64,000 nucleotides of DNA from Chiloscyllium plagiosum (taxonomy: Eukaryota). Within the stretch, counting starts at the first letter, position 1. Each line of letters opens with the position of its first letter. The notes under the pieces are model-generated. The model was not told the DNA's origin and ran no database searches. It worked only from the letters and a program-made list of their open reading frames with translations. Shown in pieces: positions 38,070-51,710 of the stretch. Both the position numbers and the translations under genes were made by a program. The DNA lies in NCBI RefSeq assembly GCF_004010195.1, contig NC_057719.1, positions 4,743,708-4,807,707 of the forward strand, written 5' to 3'.

Positions 38070-41000
38070 TGAGATATAGAATGTGGGGAAATAGATGGTG
38101 ACATCTTGAAACATGTCCATATTACAGAGGAGGAAATGCTGGATGTCTTGAAATGCATAAAGGTGGATTAATCCCCAGGACCTGATCAAGTGTACCCTAG
38201 AACTCGGAGAAGCTAGGGAAGTGATTGCTGGACCCCTTGCTGAGATATTTGTATCGTTGATAGTCACAGGTGAGGTGCTAGAAGACTTGAGGTTGGGTAA
38301 CGTGGTACTATTTTTAAGAAAGGTGGTAAGGAAAAGCCAGGGAACTATAGACCGGTGAACCTGACGTCAGTGGTGGGCAAGTTGTTGGAGGGAATCCTGA
38401 GGGACAGGATCTAGACGTATTTGGAATGACAAGGACTGATTAGGGATAGTCAACATGGCTTTGTGCGTGGGAAATCATGTCTCACGAACTTGATTGAGTT
38501 TTTTGAGAAAGTAACAAAGAGGTTTGATGAGGGCAGAGCACTGGACGTGATCTATATGGAGAAAGTGAGGACTGCAGATTCTGGGGATCAGAGACGAAAG
38601 CGTGTTGCTGGGAAAGCGCAGCAGGTAAGGCAGTATCTGAGGAGCAGGAGAATCGATGTTTCGGGCAAAAGCCCTTCGTCAGGAATGAGGCTTGTGGACC
38701 GCGGCTGAGAGATAAATGGGAGGTGGGTGGGGTTGGGGGGAAGGTAGCTGAGAAAATGATAGGTAGATGGTGAGGGAGAAGATGATAGGTCAGAGGGGGG
38801 AATGATGGACAGGTCTGGATGGCGGTGCCGAGTTGGAGACTTCGGGGTGGGATAATGTTGTGGGGGGCGTTGGAGGAGGCCTAGGACCTGCATGTCCTCG
38901 ATGGAGTGGGAGGAGCAGTTGAAGTGTTCAGTCATGGGGCGATGGGGTTGGTGGGTGCGGATGTCCCAGAGATGTTCTCTGAAAGGATCCGCAAGAAGAC
39001 ATCTTGTCTCCCTGATGTAGAGGAGACCACACCAGGTGCAATGGATGTGTTAGATGACATTGGCAGAGGTACAGGGTAAATTTCTGATGGGTGTGGAAGG
39101 ATCCTTTGGGGCCTTGGACAGAGGTGAGGGGAGTGGTGTGGGCACAGGTTTTGCACTTCCTGTGGTGGCAGCGAAAGGTGCCAGGAGTGGGGTGGGTGCT
39201 GGTGGTGGGGTGTGGACCTGATGAGGGAGTCGCAGAGGGAATGATCTCTCCAGAATGCTGATAGGGAGGGAAATATATCTTTGGTGGTGGGGTACATTTG
39301 GAGGTGGCAGAGGATGATGCGATGTATGCGGAGGTCGGTGTGGTGGAAGGTGAGGATCAGTGGGGTTCAAGGACAGTGGTGTGTAAAGTGGAGGAGATGT
39401 GCTGAAGGGCATCGTCACCCGCGTGGGAAGGGAAGTTGTGATAATGGAAGAAAGAGGCCATCTAGGACCATTTGAGAAGGAATTGGTCATCCTGAGAACA
39501 GATGAGGTGGAAGCAGCAGAATTGGGAATAAGGGATAGTGTTTTTACAGGAGATGTAGGGTAGGAGGAGGTGTTGGGTAGGAGGAGGTGTAGTCTCGGTA
39601 GCTGTGGGATTTGGTGGGCTTGTAGTGTATGTCTGTATGGTTAGTCGGTCGCCAGAGACAGTGATGGAGAGGTCCAGGAAGGGGAGGGAGGTGTCCGAGA
39701 TGGTCCAGGTAAATTGGAGATCAGGGTGGAAAGTGTTGGTGAAGCTGATGAACTATTCAACCTTCTCATGGGAACACTAAGCAGTGTCAATACAGTCATC
39801 AAGGTAGCGTAGGAACAGGTGGGGAGTGGTACCGGTGTAACTGCAGAAGATGGACTGTTCCGAGTATCCAATAAACAGTCAGACGTAGCTGGGTCCCATG
39901 CGGGTGCCCATGGCTACCCCTTTGGTTTGGAGGAAGTGGAAGTGAGAAGTTGTTGAGGATGAGGACCAGTTCAGTTAGGCGGATGAGGGTGTCAGTGGAA
40001 GGGTACTGGTTGGGATGGCGTGAGAGGAAGAAACTGAGGGCTTGGAGACCTTCGTCATGGCGGATCGATGTGTACAGGGACTGGATGTCCATGGTGAAGA
40101 TGAGGTGTTGGGGGCTGGGGAAACGAAAGTCTTGGCGGAGGTGAAGTGCATAGGTGGTGTCCCAAACGTAGTGGGGAGTTCCTGGACTAAGGGGGCCAGG
40201 ACGGTGTCGAAGTAGGAAGAGATTAGTTCGGTGGAACAGGCAGAAGCTGAGACAATGGGTCATCAGGGCAGTCAGGTTTGTGAATCTTAGGAAGGAGGTA
40301 GAATCGGCCAGTGCGGGCTTCACAGGCAATGAGGTTGGAGGCTGTGGATGGGAGATCCCCAGAGGTGATGAGGTTGTGGATGGTCTGGGAGATGATGGTT
40401 TGGTGGTGGGAGGCAAGGTCAAGATCTAGGAGGAGGAGGTGTCTGCAAGTTGGCACCTGGCTATATGGACTTCAGTAAGGCATTTGACAAGGTTCCCCAT
40501 GGAAGACTGGTTAGCTAGGTTAGCTCTCATGGAATACAGGGAGAACTGGCCATTTGGATACAGAACTGGCTCGAAGGTAGAAGACCTTTGGTGGAGAGTT
40601 TTTCAGACTGGAGGCCTGTAACCAGTGGAATGCCACAAGGATTGTTGTTGGGTCCACTACTTTTTGTCATTTATATAAATCATTTGGATAAGAACATAGG
40701 AGGTATAGTAAGTAAGTTTCCAGATGACACCAAAATTGGAGGTATAGTGGACAGTGAAGAAGGTTACCTCAGATTACAACAGGTTCTTGATCAGATGGGC
40801 TAATGGGCTGAGAAGTGGCAGATGGAGTTTAATTCAGATAAATGCGAGGTGCTGCATTTTGGGAAAGCAAATCTTAACAGGACTTTATACACTTAATGGT
40901 AAGGTCCTAGGGAGTGTTGCTGAGCAAAGAGACCTTGGAGTGCAAGTTCATAGCTCCTTGAAAGTGGAGTCGCAGGTCGATAGGATAGTGAAGAAGGCAT

Positions 41001-41860
41001 TTGGTATTAGATTAGATTAGATTACTTACAGTGTGGAAACAGGTCCTTCGGCCCAAAAGGTCCACACCGCCCTGCCGACGTGCAACCCACCCATACCCCT
41101 ACATTTACCCCTTACCTAACACTATGGGCAATTTAGCATGGCCAATTCGCCTGACCTGCACATCTTTGGACTGTGGGAGGAAACCGGAGCACCCGGAGGA
41201 AACCCACGCAGACACAGGGAGAACGTGCAAACTCCACAATATGCTTTCCTTTATTTGAGTAAAGGCGTTGGGAGGTCTTGTTGCGGCTATACAGGACATT
41301 GGTTAGGTCATTTTTGGAATATTGTGTACAGTTCTGGTCTCCTTCCTATTGGAAAGATGTTATAAAACTTGAAAGGGTTCAGAAAGATTTACAAGGTTGT
41401 TGCCAGGGTTGGAGGATTTGAGCTATAAGGAGAGGCTAAGTAGGCTGAGGCTGTTTTCCCTGGAGCATCGAAGGCTGAGGGGTGATCTCTTAGAATTTTA
41501 TAAAATTATGAGGGGCATGGACAGGATAAATAGACAAAGTCTTTTCCCTGGGGTGGGGGAGTCCATAACTCGAGGGCATAGGTTTAGGGTGGGGGGGAGG
41601 GGGAAAAGATATAAAAGAGACCTAAGGGGCAACTTTTTCACTCAGAGGGTGTTGCGTGTATGGAATGAGCTGCCAGAGGAAGTGGTGGTGGCTGGTACAA
41701 TTGCAACATTTAAAAGGCACCTGGATGTGTATTTGAATAGGAAGGGTTTAGAGGCATATGGGCCAAGCGCTGGCAAATGGGACTAGATTAGGTTGGGGTA
41801 TCTGGTCGGCATGGACGAGTTGGACCAAAGGGTCTTTTTCAGTGCTGTACCTTTCTGTCA
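38070..41860 (+). mobile_element. CR1-type LINE ORF2/3' end interrupted by a PLE (38561-40460) and a 5'-truncated HE1 SINE (~41006-41238, - strand)
   Basis: GKSCLTNLIEFFE..DVIYM continues after the insert as DFSKAF; later GMPQG..KFPDDTK and RRLRGDL. Confidence 0.92.
38561..40460 (-). mobile_element. Penelope-like retroelement, 5'-truncated, with RT and GIY-YIG endonuclease remnants
   Basis: GRFYLLPKIHKP, IFTMDIQSLYTSI, GVAMGTRMGPSY (39920-39884), RYLDD-like motif (~39795-39810), CTSANVI..C..CGLLYI. Duplication ctatatgga at 38552-38560 and 40461-40469. Confidence 0.9.
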
Positions 41861-42014
41861 CTGTGTTTGTACTCGCAAGCCTTTGTAGACTTGTATGACT
41901 TTGAGTGGAGTATTAAAGAAAGCATTAGGCAATTTCTTGAGAAGTGTGTCCTCTGAGCTGGGTGGCTGTTTACCATTCACAAGTTTGATTAGAATCTGAA
42001 TAATTTAATCTGGA

Positions 42015-42870
42015 AATAGAATCATAGTCATTGAATCACACAGCATAGAAAAAGGCCCCTCTGCCCACGTTATTTTGACCAACAAACATCAAACTACACT
42101 AATGTCATTTACCTGCACTTAGTCCATAGCCGACTATGTACCGGCATTTTAAGTACTTAAGTAGATATTTCTTAAATATAAAGAGAGTCCCTGCCATCAC
42201 TACCCTCTTAGGCAGCACATTCTATATATCTACCAACCTCTAGGTGAAAACCTTTTTCCCCAGACCGACTCTAAATCATTTGCTCTTCACCTTAAACGTA
42301 TACCCTCTGGTCTTAGACATGTCAGGTATGGGGAAGAGATTCTCACACTCTACACTGTCCATGCTTCTCATAATTTTGTATTCCTTAATTGGATTCCCCA
42401 CTCAGCCTCTTCTGCTCCAAGACAAAAAAATCCAGTGTATTTAGTCTCTCCTCATAACTGCATTTTTTCCTGCCAGGCCACATCCTTTGGGGTGGCACGA
42501 TGGCTCAGTGATTAGCACTGCTGCCACACAGCACCAGGGACCCAGGTTTGATTTCAGCCTCTGGCAACTGTCTGTGTGGAGTTTGCACATTCTCCCTGTG
42601 TCTACATGGGTTTCCTCTATGTGCTCTGGTTTCTTCTCACAATCCAAAGATGTGCAGGTTAGGTGAATTGGCCATGTTAAATTGCCCACAGTATCCAGGA
42701 ATATGTAGGTTAGGTGCATTAGTCACGGGGAAATATAAGGGAATAGGTCTGGGTGGGTTGCTGTTTGGAGGGTCAATGTGGACTTGCTGGGCCGAAGGGC
42801 CTGTTTCCACGCTGTTGGGAATTTTAAATCTTGGTGAATCTCTTCTGCATCCTCTACAGTGCAATCACTG
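42015..42870 (-). mobile_element. CR1-type 3' fragment with nested + strand HE1 SINE (42489-~42829)
   Basis: LINE tail plus SINE A box and V-domain. Confidence 0.85.
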
Positions 42871-45365
42871 ATAGTCCAACTGCAGAATCTTTATTCGTTC
42901 AAACAGATGCACAATTGCAACCATTAATCTGAGCCCTGTAGCGCAATACTTCTCCAGTTTTGATTTGCCATTTCAAAGTTATTGAGTGCAGGTTATGCTC
43001 AAATGTAAGTGGGCAATGTATTTTCCTACTAAATAATACATTAGAATGCTGAGATGTGCCTTGCTTACTCTAGATATCTGACCTCGCTCTTTGCTGTTGA
43101 AGTCCTTTCCTTTAACATTGATTCTAGGTTAGGAGGTTTTAATATTTCTGGCTGAAACTTCTACTTCTGCTTGTTCGTACTTAAATTCAGACTTTTTCAC
43201 AAATAAAAATGTTTTCCAAAGAATACGAAATCTGACTTAAAAGGTCTCAGTGCTGTAAAATCAAATTTCAGATACAAATGATTGTTAAACTGTATAAGCA
43301 TGCAGGCACTTTTTTTAATAGTGAAACAAAAGCCCAAGGATAAAAGCAAATTGTGCCCCTTCTCTATTATTTTATTTAATTGTCCAATATCCAAAAATGT
43401 TGAGGTCAGTGAGGATAGTGCCACCAGCTTTTCAAAGGATCTATGAAAGGTGACCAGAATTGAGAACAATATCTTAAACAACCACAACGTGACTTTCCAA
43501 TTCCTATATCCACTGATCTGAGCGATGATAGTAGGTGCGCTCAATGCCACCCTGTCTACCTATGACAACACTTTTAAAGAAGTATGTACCTGAACCTCAA
43601 GGTCACTCTGTTCAAAAACACTACCCAGGGCCTGACCATTAACTGTGTCAGTCCTGACATTGTTCATCTTAGATAAATGCGAGGTGTTGCATTATGGTAA
43701 GTTAAACTCCATCTGCCACTCATTGGCCCAACAGATCAAAATCCAGTTGTATTCTTAGTTAAACTCCTTTACTGTCCACTATACCACCAATTTGGTTTCA
43801 TCTGCAAACTTAACTAACCTTGCCTCCCCCAGTTGCTCTTTTGCCTTTAATGTACTTGTAGAATCTCTTGGATTCTCCTTAACCTGATCTGCCAAGGTTA
43901 TCTTCTATCCCCTTTTTGTCCTTCTGATTTCCCTCTTAAATATGCCTTACCCTACCTATACGTTTCATGAGATGCACTTGATCCCAGCTTTCTATATCTG
44001 ACATATGTCTCCTTTTTCTTGAACTAAGCAAGAGGAACAGAGAGAGTGCACATGTATGTCCCTTGAGTCTGTCCCATCACTTCTTGCAGATGTGGCTGAT
44101 CTCCTTCCTCGGTTCAACTTTGCCTGCACCTGATGTTTCTTGATTCCATGAGAGGTTTAATATTGATAGCTCCTCTTTGCACTGACATAGTTTCAGAAGG
44201 CTATGGCAGATAAATTAGATTATTTTGTCTCTCTTAAAACAATTCCTTTGAGACATTGAGTCAAGACATTGAGGTACTTCTTTTAAATATACAGTATGTG
44301 CTTAGGGTTTAGTGCAAAAGTGCACCCGTAATTCTCCACAGGGTTGTTCAGCTGTGAAAGACTTCTGCATCTATCCACTGAGGAGTTAATTTATTCACTC
44401 ATTACGTTAAGAATACCATGTATTATACTGCATGTTATAACTACTTAAATTGCTGTCTGTGTTTTTCCCAATGGATTGAAATCCCTGCTGGACTTTATAC
44501 CCAACCATTGGAGAAAGATTTTTAATGCATGCCATCTAACATAAATTCCAAAAACAATGGTGTCCCTGGAATGTTAATTGTAAGAAAATATACACTTTAA
44601 AATTATGTATCCTGAAATAAATCAATTCTCTGAGAGGATGATTGTGAGCATCATTTTGGCTATCCTCAGAACTAACACTGTAATAGAAGGAAAGGCAAAT
44701 TGGGTCTCAGGTGTGAAAACATGCGAAGTTGGCATCATTTATTTTTTTTAAAAACTTGGAGAGTTAAGCAGTGGTAAACTCTGTTGTTCGGTGAAACAAG
44801 CTCATAAGGCCTGAATTATTTATCCTCTTCTATTATTAAGAAGTTCCTTGGTCTATCTCAGTTTTTCTGTTTAGTTGTCTCACGTTCTGTTGCTTTCTTT
44901 TATCTCCCACTTCCTGCTTTAAATATATTGCAAACCTCCTGATTCTGCTTCCACTGTTAGAAATCTTTAGTACTGTAGTAACACTTAAAGCCAATGTGTA
45001 GAGGGGAGACAACAATAGTGTTTTGAATTCAAGCAGTTCACAAGAAAGTGAGGATTGCAGATGCTGAAGAGTCAGTCAAAAAGGGTAGCGCCAGAAAGGC
45101 ACAGCAGGTCCAGCTGCGTCCGAGGAGCAGGAGAATCAACATTTTGGGAATAAACTCAATATTCAGGGAGTCACAACTGAAATGGGCTGCAAGAATGCCG
45201 GCCTGTCACATAAAGTGAATTAGCTATGGAAAGCTTGAGCTGTTGACCTCATGGTGATCAACAGAAGCTTTACAAGGACATTCTTAAAATTTTGGTTTAA
45301 GCTTTCCAGTTTCCTTAATCTTGCCTAAGATCACTGCATCTGATACAACCAAAGGAAAAGACCAT

Positions 45366-45727
45366 GGGAGGCGATAGCCTCATGGTATTATTGCAAGACT
45401 ATTAATTTGGAAACCCTGGATCCCAGGATTTCTGGGATCCCAGGCTTGAATCCTGCCTTGGTACATGATGGAATTTGAATTCAATGAGAAAGAAAATCTA
45501 GAAATAAGAGTCTAACAATGACCATGAAGCCATTGTTGATTATCAGAAGACTGCATCTTGTTCAGGAATGTCCTTGAGGGAAGGAATTTATTGTCTTGAC
45601 ATGGTCTGGCCTTCATGTGACTCCAGACCCATAGCAATGTGGTTCACTTTTAACTGCTTCCTGGGCCATTCGGGATGGGCGATAAATGCTGGACTAGCCA
45701 GCGATGCTCACATCCTGTGAATGAATG
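45366..45727 (+). mobile_element. tRNA-derived SINE (second family), near full length
   Basis: Head with A/B-box-like motifs (ggcttgaatcc) and tail gggatgggcgataaatgctggactagccagcgatgctcacatcctgtgaatgaat. Confidence 0.72.
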
Positions 45728-46642
45728 TTTTTTTTAAATGTTAGATAGTCTTGCCTCCTTCAGTGCAGAGGCAGGAGTAAGCACTTAAGAGAGGAAATCG
45801 CAAGAGAAGAACTCATTCAAAGCTCAACCACGTGTAGCATTCAGCCCTATCTTCACAGGCTTTCAAATGGGCCTTAGCAAGCATTAGTGAAACCACTGAA
45901 ACCCAATAAACTCTTCGGTCAATGGGCATGAACACCTTTGCCTCAAAGGACTAATGAGAGGTGGTTTTATTTTAGAATCTGAGAATTCCTTCAATGTGGA
46001 AGCAGGCCAATCAACCCAATGAGTCCACACCAACTCTCCAAAGAGCATGCCATCCAGACCCATTCCCCTACCCTCTAACCCATGTATTTCCCATGGCTAT
46101 CATACTTAATCTACACATCCATGAACACTATGTGCAATTTAGCATAGCCAATCCACCTAACTTGCACATCATTTGGGCTGAATTACATCAGCTCCGAAGG
46201 AGCTCCCATTCGTCAACCAGTAAATCCCTCTCCCTCCTTTCAGTCTTACTGTTCCAATGACTAGGGTCAGAACTTTAGAATGGAGCAGACTGCTTAACCC
46301 TTTAAAGATCATCAAATCTTAATCTAGTTAAAGTGACTCACCAAGGACAGTGTGTGATTTCGTCCCCATAGTGTGAGGAGATCCCACCCTCCACAAGTGC
46401 TAGCCATTCAGAACAGCTAGCAGCTCCAACTGTCTCAGAACCACCAAAAACCTGGCAGCAGTCCCAGGAGACCAGTACCAGTGAAACACCAGCTTCAAGT
46501 AAGCTAGAGCATTGGTCACGCAAGGTTATGGCATCTTAGAAAAGTGAACAAGAGCAATGGGGAAGGTGAGAAAGTTGGGTTTTAAAGTCCAGGAAGAGAA
46601 ATAGGAAGGAGGGTACTTTTACTTTAGAGATGTCCCAATGCA

Positions 46643-48978
46643 GCTCATAGAGTCACAGAATCATGCAGCTGTACAGCATGGAAACAGACCCTTCAGCCCA
46701 ACTGGTCCATGCGAACCACATATCCAAAATCAATCTAGTCCCATTTGCCAGCACAGCCTATATCCCTCTCAACCATTCCTATTCATTTACCCATCCAGAT
46801 GCCTTTTAAATGTTGTAATTGTACCAACCTCCACCATTTTGTCTGGTAGCTCATTCTATACATGCACCACTCTCTGTGGAAAAAGTTGTCCCTTAGGTCC
46901 TATTTAAATCTTTCCTGTCTCACCTTAAACCTATGCCCTTTAGTTTTGGACTCTGCTACCCTGAGGAAAAAACCCCGGTTATTCACCCTGTCTATGCCCC
47001 TTCATGATTTTATAAGGTTACCCCTCAGTCTCCAATGTTTCAGGGGAAAAAAGCCCCAGACTATTCAGCATCTCCCTCAAACCCTCCTACCTGGCAACAT
47101 CCCGATAAATCTTTTCTGAGCCGTTTCAGAATTCACAACTTCCTTCCTTATAGCAGGGAGACGAGAAATGCATGCAAAGGGGTCTGACTAATGTCCTGTA
47201 CATTCGCAACATGACCTCCCAGCTCCTATATTCAATGCAACGACCAGTAAAGGCAAGCATACCAAATGTCACCTTCACTGTCCTAACTACCTGCGGCTCT
47301 ACTTTCAAAGAACTGTGAACCTGCAATCCAAGCTCCCTTTGTTCAGCGACTCTCCCCAGGACCTTACCATTAAGTATATTGGCCTACTTGCCTATCTGAT
47401 CAAGGTGCCATTGTACCTCGAGGTAACCTTCTTGGTTGTCCACTACACCACCAATTTTGGTGTCATCTGCAAACTTTTTAACCATATCTCCTGTGTTCGC
47501 ATCCAAATCATTTATATAAATGACAAAAAGCAGTGGACCCAGTACTGATCCTTATGGCACTCAGCTGGTCACAGGCCTCCAGTTTGAAAAGCAGCCCTCC
47601 ACTACCGCCCTTTGTCTCATACTTTTGAGCTGGTTCTGTATCTAAATGGCTAATTCTCACTGTATACCATTCAGTCTAATGTGCAGGACCTTGTCAAATG
47701 CCTTACTGCAGTCCATATAGAACATGTCCACTGCTCTGCCTTCATCACTCCTTCACCTCTTCAAAAAACTCAGTTAGTGAGACATGATTTCTCAAGCACA
47801 TGTTGACTATCCCTAATCACTTCTTAGCTTTCCAAATACATATAAAACCTGTCCCTCAGGGTTCCCTTCATAACTTGCCCACCACTGATGTCAGGCTCAA
47901 CGGTATATAGTTCCCTGGCTTTTCCTCACCACCTTTCTTGATAAGTGACACCATGTTAACCAACCTCCAGTTTTCCAGCACCTAACCTGTAGCTATTGAT
48001 GATACAAATATCTCAGCAACGGGCCTCACGATCACTTCCGTAGCTTCCCACAAAGTTCTAGGGTACACCTGATCAGGTCCCGGAGATTTATCCACCTCTG
48101 TGTGTGTTTTAAGGCGCCACCAGCACCTTTTGTAGTATGGATATTTTTCAAGGTGTCGCTATTTATTTCCCCAATTTCTGTAGAATCCGTCTCTTCTTCC
48201 ACAGTAAATACTGATGCAAAATACTTGTTTAGTATCTCCCCGCGGTTCCACACATAGGTGGTCTTGCTGATCTTTGAGGGGCCTTGTTCTCTCCCTCGGT
48301 TGCTCTTTGTCATTAATGTATTTTCAGAATCCCTTTGGATTCTCCTTAACCCTATTTGCCATCCTGATTTCCCTCTTAACTATGCTTCTACAGCCTTTAT
48401 ACTGTTCTAGAGGTTCACTCAATCCCTGCTATCCCTGTCTGGCATCTGCTACCTTCTTTCTCTTGACAAAAACGTCAATTTCTCTAGTCATCCAGCATTG
48501 CTTACACCCACCAGCCTTATCCTTCACCTTCTCGGGAGCACTCTGCCTCTGAACTCTCATTATCTTATTTTGAAGGCTTCCCACTTCCCAGCAGTTCCTT
48601 TACCTGCCAATATCCTCCCTCAATCAACTTTTGAAAGTTCTTGCCTAATACCGTCAAAATTGGCTGTCCTCTGGTTTAGAACTTTAATGTTTAGATCCAG
48701 TCTGTCCTTTTCCATCACTATTTTGAAACTAACAGAGTTATGATCACTGACCCCAAAGTGCTTTCCCCACTGACACTTCAGTCACCTGCCCTGCCTTATT
48801 TCCCAACAATAGGTCGAGTTTTGCTCCATTTCTAGCAGGTACGTCCAAATATTGAATTAGAAAATTTTGTTCTGCACACTTAACAGATTCCTCTCTTATC
48901 CAAGCCCTTAACACTGTGGCAGTCCCAGTCTATATTTGTAAAGTTAAAATCCCCTACTATTAACATCCTATTATTATT
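46643..48978 (-). mobile_element. CR1-type LINE(s), decayed ORF2 from the endonuclease end to the 3' tail
   Basis: VGDFNF-like motif near 48950, GEILNKYFASVFT, and LRMYRTLVRP. Confidence 0.88.
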
Positions 48979-48995
48979 GGTTCTCCCTAATCCTT

Positions 48996-50827
48996 GGCAA
49001 GAAGGTTTATGGAGAACCCAAAGGCATTTTACTCATACGTGAGGAATAAGAGAATGATCAGGGAAAAGGTAGGGCCGATCAGAGATAGCGTATGGAACTT
49101 GTGCATGGAGTCTGAGCAGATAGGGGAAGCCCTAAATGAGATTTTTGCTTTGGTTTTCACCAAGGAAAGGGAACTTATTGTAAATGAAAACTTCAAGGAG
49201 CTGGGATACAGTCTTGACCAAATCAAGATTGATGAAGTTGATGTGCTAGAAATTTTGGAAAACATTAAGATTGATAAATCCCCAGGGCCAGACCAGATTT
49301 ATCCTAGACTGCTCCGGGAAGTGAGAAAAAGAGGTTGCTAAGCCGCTGGCGAGGATATTTGCCTCCTCCCTCTCCACAGGAGTCGTACCGGAGAATTGGA
49401 AGGAGGCGAATGTTGTTTTTCTTTTCACGAAGGGTAAAAGGGAAATCCATGGCAATTACAGACCAGTCAGTCTTACATCTGTGGTCAGCAAAGTTTTGGA
49501 AAGAATTCTGAGGGATAGGATTTATGACTATTTGGCAAAGCATAGTGTGATTAAAGGCAGTCAGCGTGACTTTGTGAGGGGCAGGTCATGCCTCACAAAT
49601 CTTATTGAGTTCTTCGAGGAGATGTCAAGACATGTCAACGACGGTCAAGCAGTAGACATGGTGTATATGGATTTCAGCAACACATTCGATAAGGTTCCCC
49701 ATGGTAGGCTCATTCATAAAGTCAGGAAGTATGGGATACAGGGAGATTTGGCTAACTGGATTCAGAATTGGTTGGTTGACAAGGCAGAGAGTGGTTGTAG
49801 ATGGAAAGTATTCTGTCTGGAGGTCAGTGTTGAGTGAGGTCCCACAGGGCTCTGTTCTTGGGCCTCTGCTCTTTGTAGTTTTTATAAATGACTTGGATGA
49901 GAAGATTGAGGGATGGGTTAGTAAATTTGCAGATAACACAAAGGTTGGAGGTGTCGTCGATAGTGTAGAGGGCTACTGCAGGCTGCAGCGCGACATAGAC
50001 AGGATGCAGAGCTGGGCTGAGAAATGGCAGATGGAGTTCAACCTGGATAAATGCGAAGTGATGCATTTTGTAAGGTCAAACTCGAATGCTGAATATAGGA
50101 TTAAAGACAACATTCTTGGCATTGTGGAGGAACAGAGGGATCAGGGAATGCAAGTACATAGATCCTTCAAAGTTGCCACCCAAGTGGGTAGGGTTGTTAA
50201 GAAAGCATATGGTGTTTTGGTTTTCATTAACAGGTGTCAAGTTTAAGAGCCGCGAGGTTTTGCTGCAGCTCTACAAGTCCCTGGTGCGGCCACACTTGGA
50301 ATATTGTGTCCAGTTCTGGTCGCCCTACTATAGGAAAGATACAGAGGCTTTGGAGAGGGTGCAAAGAAGGTTTACCAGGATGCTGCCTGGACTGGAGGGC
50401 TTGCCTTATGAAGAAAGATTGAATAAGCTCAGACTTTTCTCTCTGGAGAGAAGGAGGAAGAGAGGAGACCTGATCAAGGTGTACAAAATAATGAAGTGGA
50501 ATAGATAGAGTCAATAGCCAGAGACTTTTCCCCAGGACACGATTGACTGGTACGAGGAGTCATAGTTTGAAGATATTAGGAGGAAGGTATAAAGGACATG
50601 TCAGAGGTAGGTTCTTTACGCAGAGAGTTGTGAATGCATGGAATGCGTTGCCAGCTGTGGGGTGGAAGCAGAGTCACTGGGGGCATTTAAGCGACTGTTG
50701 GACATGCACAAGGATAGCAGTGAGTTGAGGGGTGCGTAGGTTAAGTTACTATATTTTACATGAGGATTAAACCTCGGCACATCGTGGGCCAAAGGGCCTG
50801 TTCTGTGCTGTACTTTTCTATGTTCTA
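48996..50827 (+). mobile_element. CR1-type LINE, 1.8-kb 3' part, head-to-head with the preceding element
   Basis: ENPKAFYSYV, KSPGPDQIYPRLL, VPQGSVLGPLLF, KFADNTK, and tail ttctatgttcta. Confidence 0.93.
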
Positions 50828-50994
50828 AGCTCATCACTGCCTTGTCAGGGGCAGTTAGAGATGAGCAATAAATGCTGGCCTTGCCACCAGGAACCATATC
50901 TCATGAAATAATAAATGCGCTACATTACGTGATATTTTATTATATAGTAGACCCAAGTCTGTATTGGTCCACTTGCTGAGTTTGAAATGAAGAC

Positions 50995-51710
50995 GAGAAA
51001 CTAGGAACAGGAGTAGGCCATTCAAGATTTTGAATCAGCTCCTCCATTCTAGATCATGGCTGATCATCTATCTCGAAGCCATTTTTCTGCAACATCTTGA
51101 AGTCATTCGTTTGTGGAAACCTATTGAATTTTGCCTTAAACTCGCAAAGTGACTGAACTTTCAGAGCTTTCTAGGGTTAGGACCTACTTTCTGAGTGAAG
51201 AAATTCCTCATCTAAGTCCCTAGTGGCTTTCCTCTTTTTCTCAGGCTCATATTAGCCCTCCCAACCAGTGGAATCTTCCTTTCTCCAACCACCCTGTCTA
51301 GTCCTTTAAGAGTTTTGTAAGGTTCATGAAATCATCTCTCATTCAGCTAATCTCTAAATAATACAGACCCAGTTTCTTCAATGTCTCCAAATAGAATAAT
51401 TCAGCTTCATAAAACTTAGTCTGCACTCCCTCTGTGGTAAGTCTAATCTCCCTTGGATAAGGGAGCCAAAACTTTACAAAACCCCAGGTGTGATCTCTCC
51501 CAAGTTCTATGCAATTGAAGTAGGATATCTTTACTTCTGCACTTAACTTTACCATTTGCCACCTTAATTGCTTGCTGCAACTGTGTGCTGCTTTTCAGTG
51601 ATATGCGTGTGAAATGTAACCAATATTCTTGGACATCGACACTTCCCAATCTTTCACCTATCAAGAAATATTCTGATTCTCCATTCCTGTTACCAAAGTG
51701 GATAAGCCAC
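50995..51710 (-). mobile_element. Old CR1-type LINE 3' remnant
   Basis: IHFGNRN..EYFLIGERL; tail gaacaggagtaggccattca. Confidence 0.7.
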
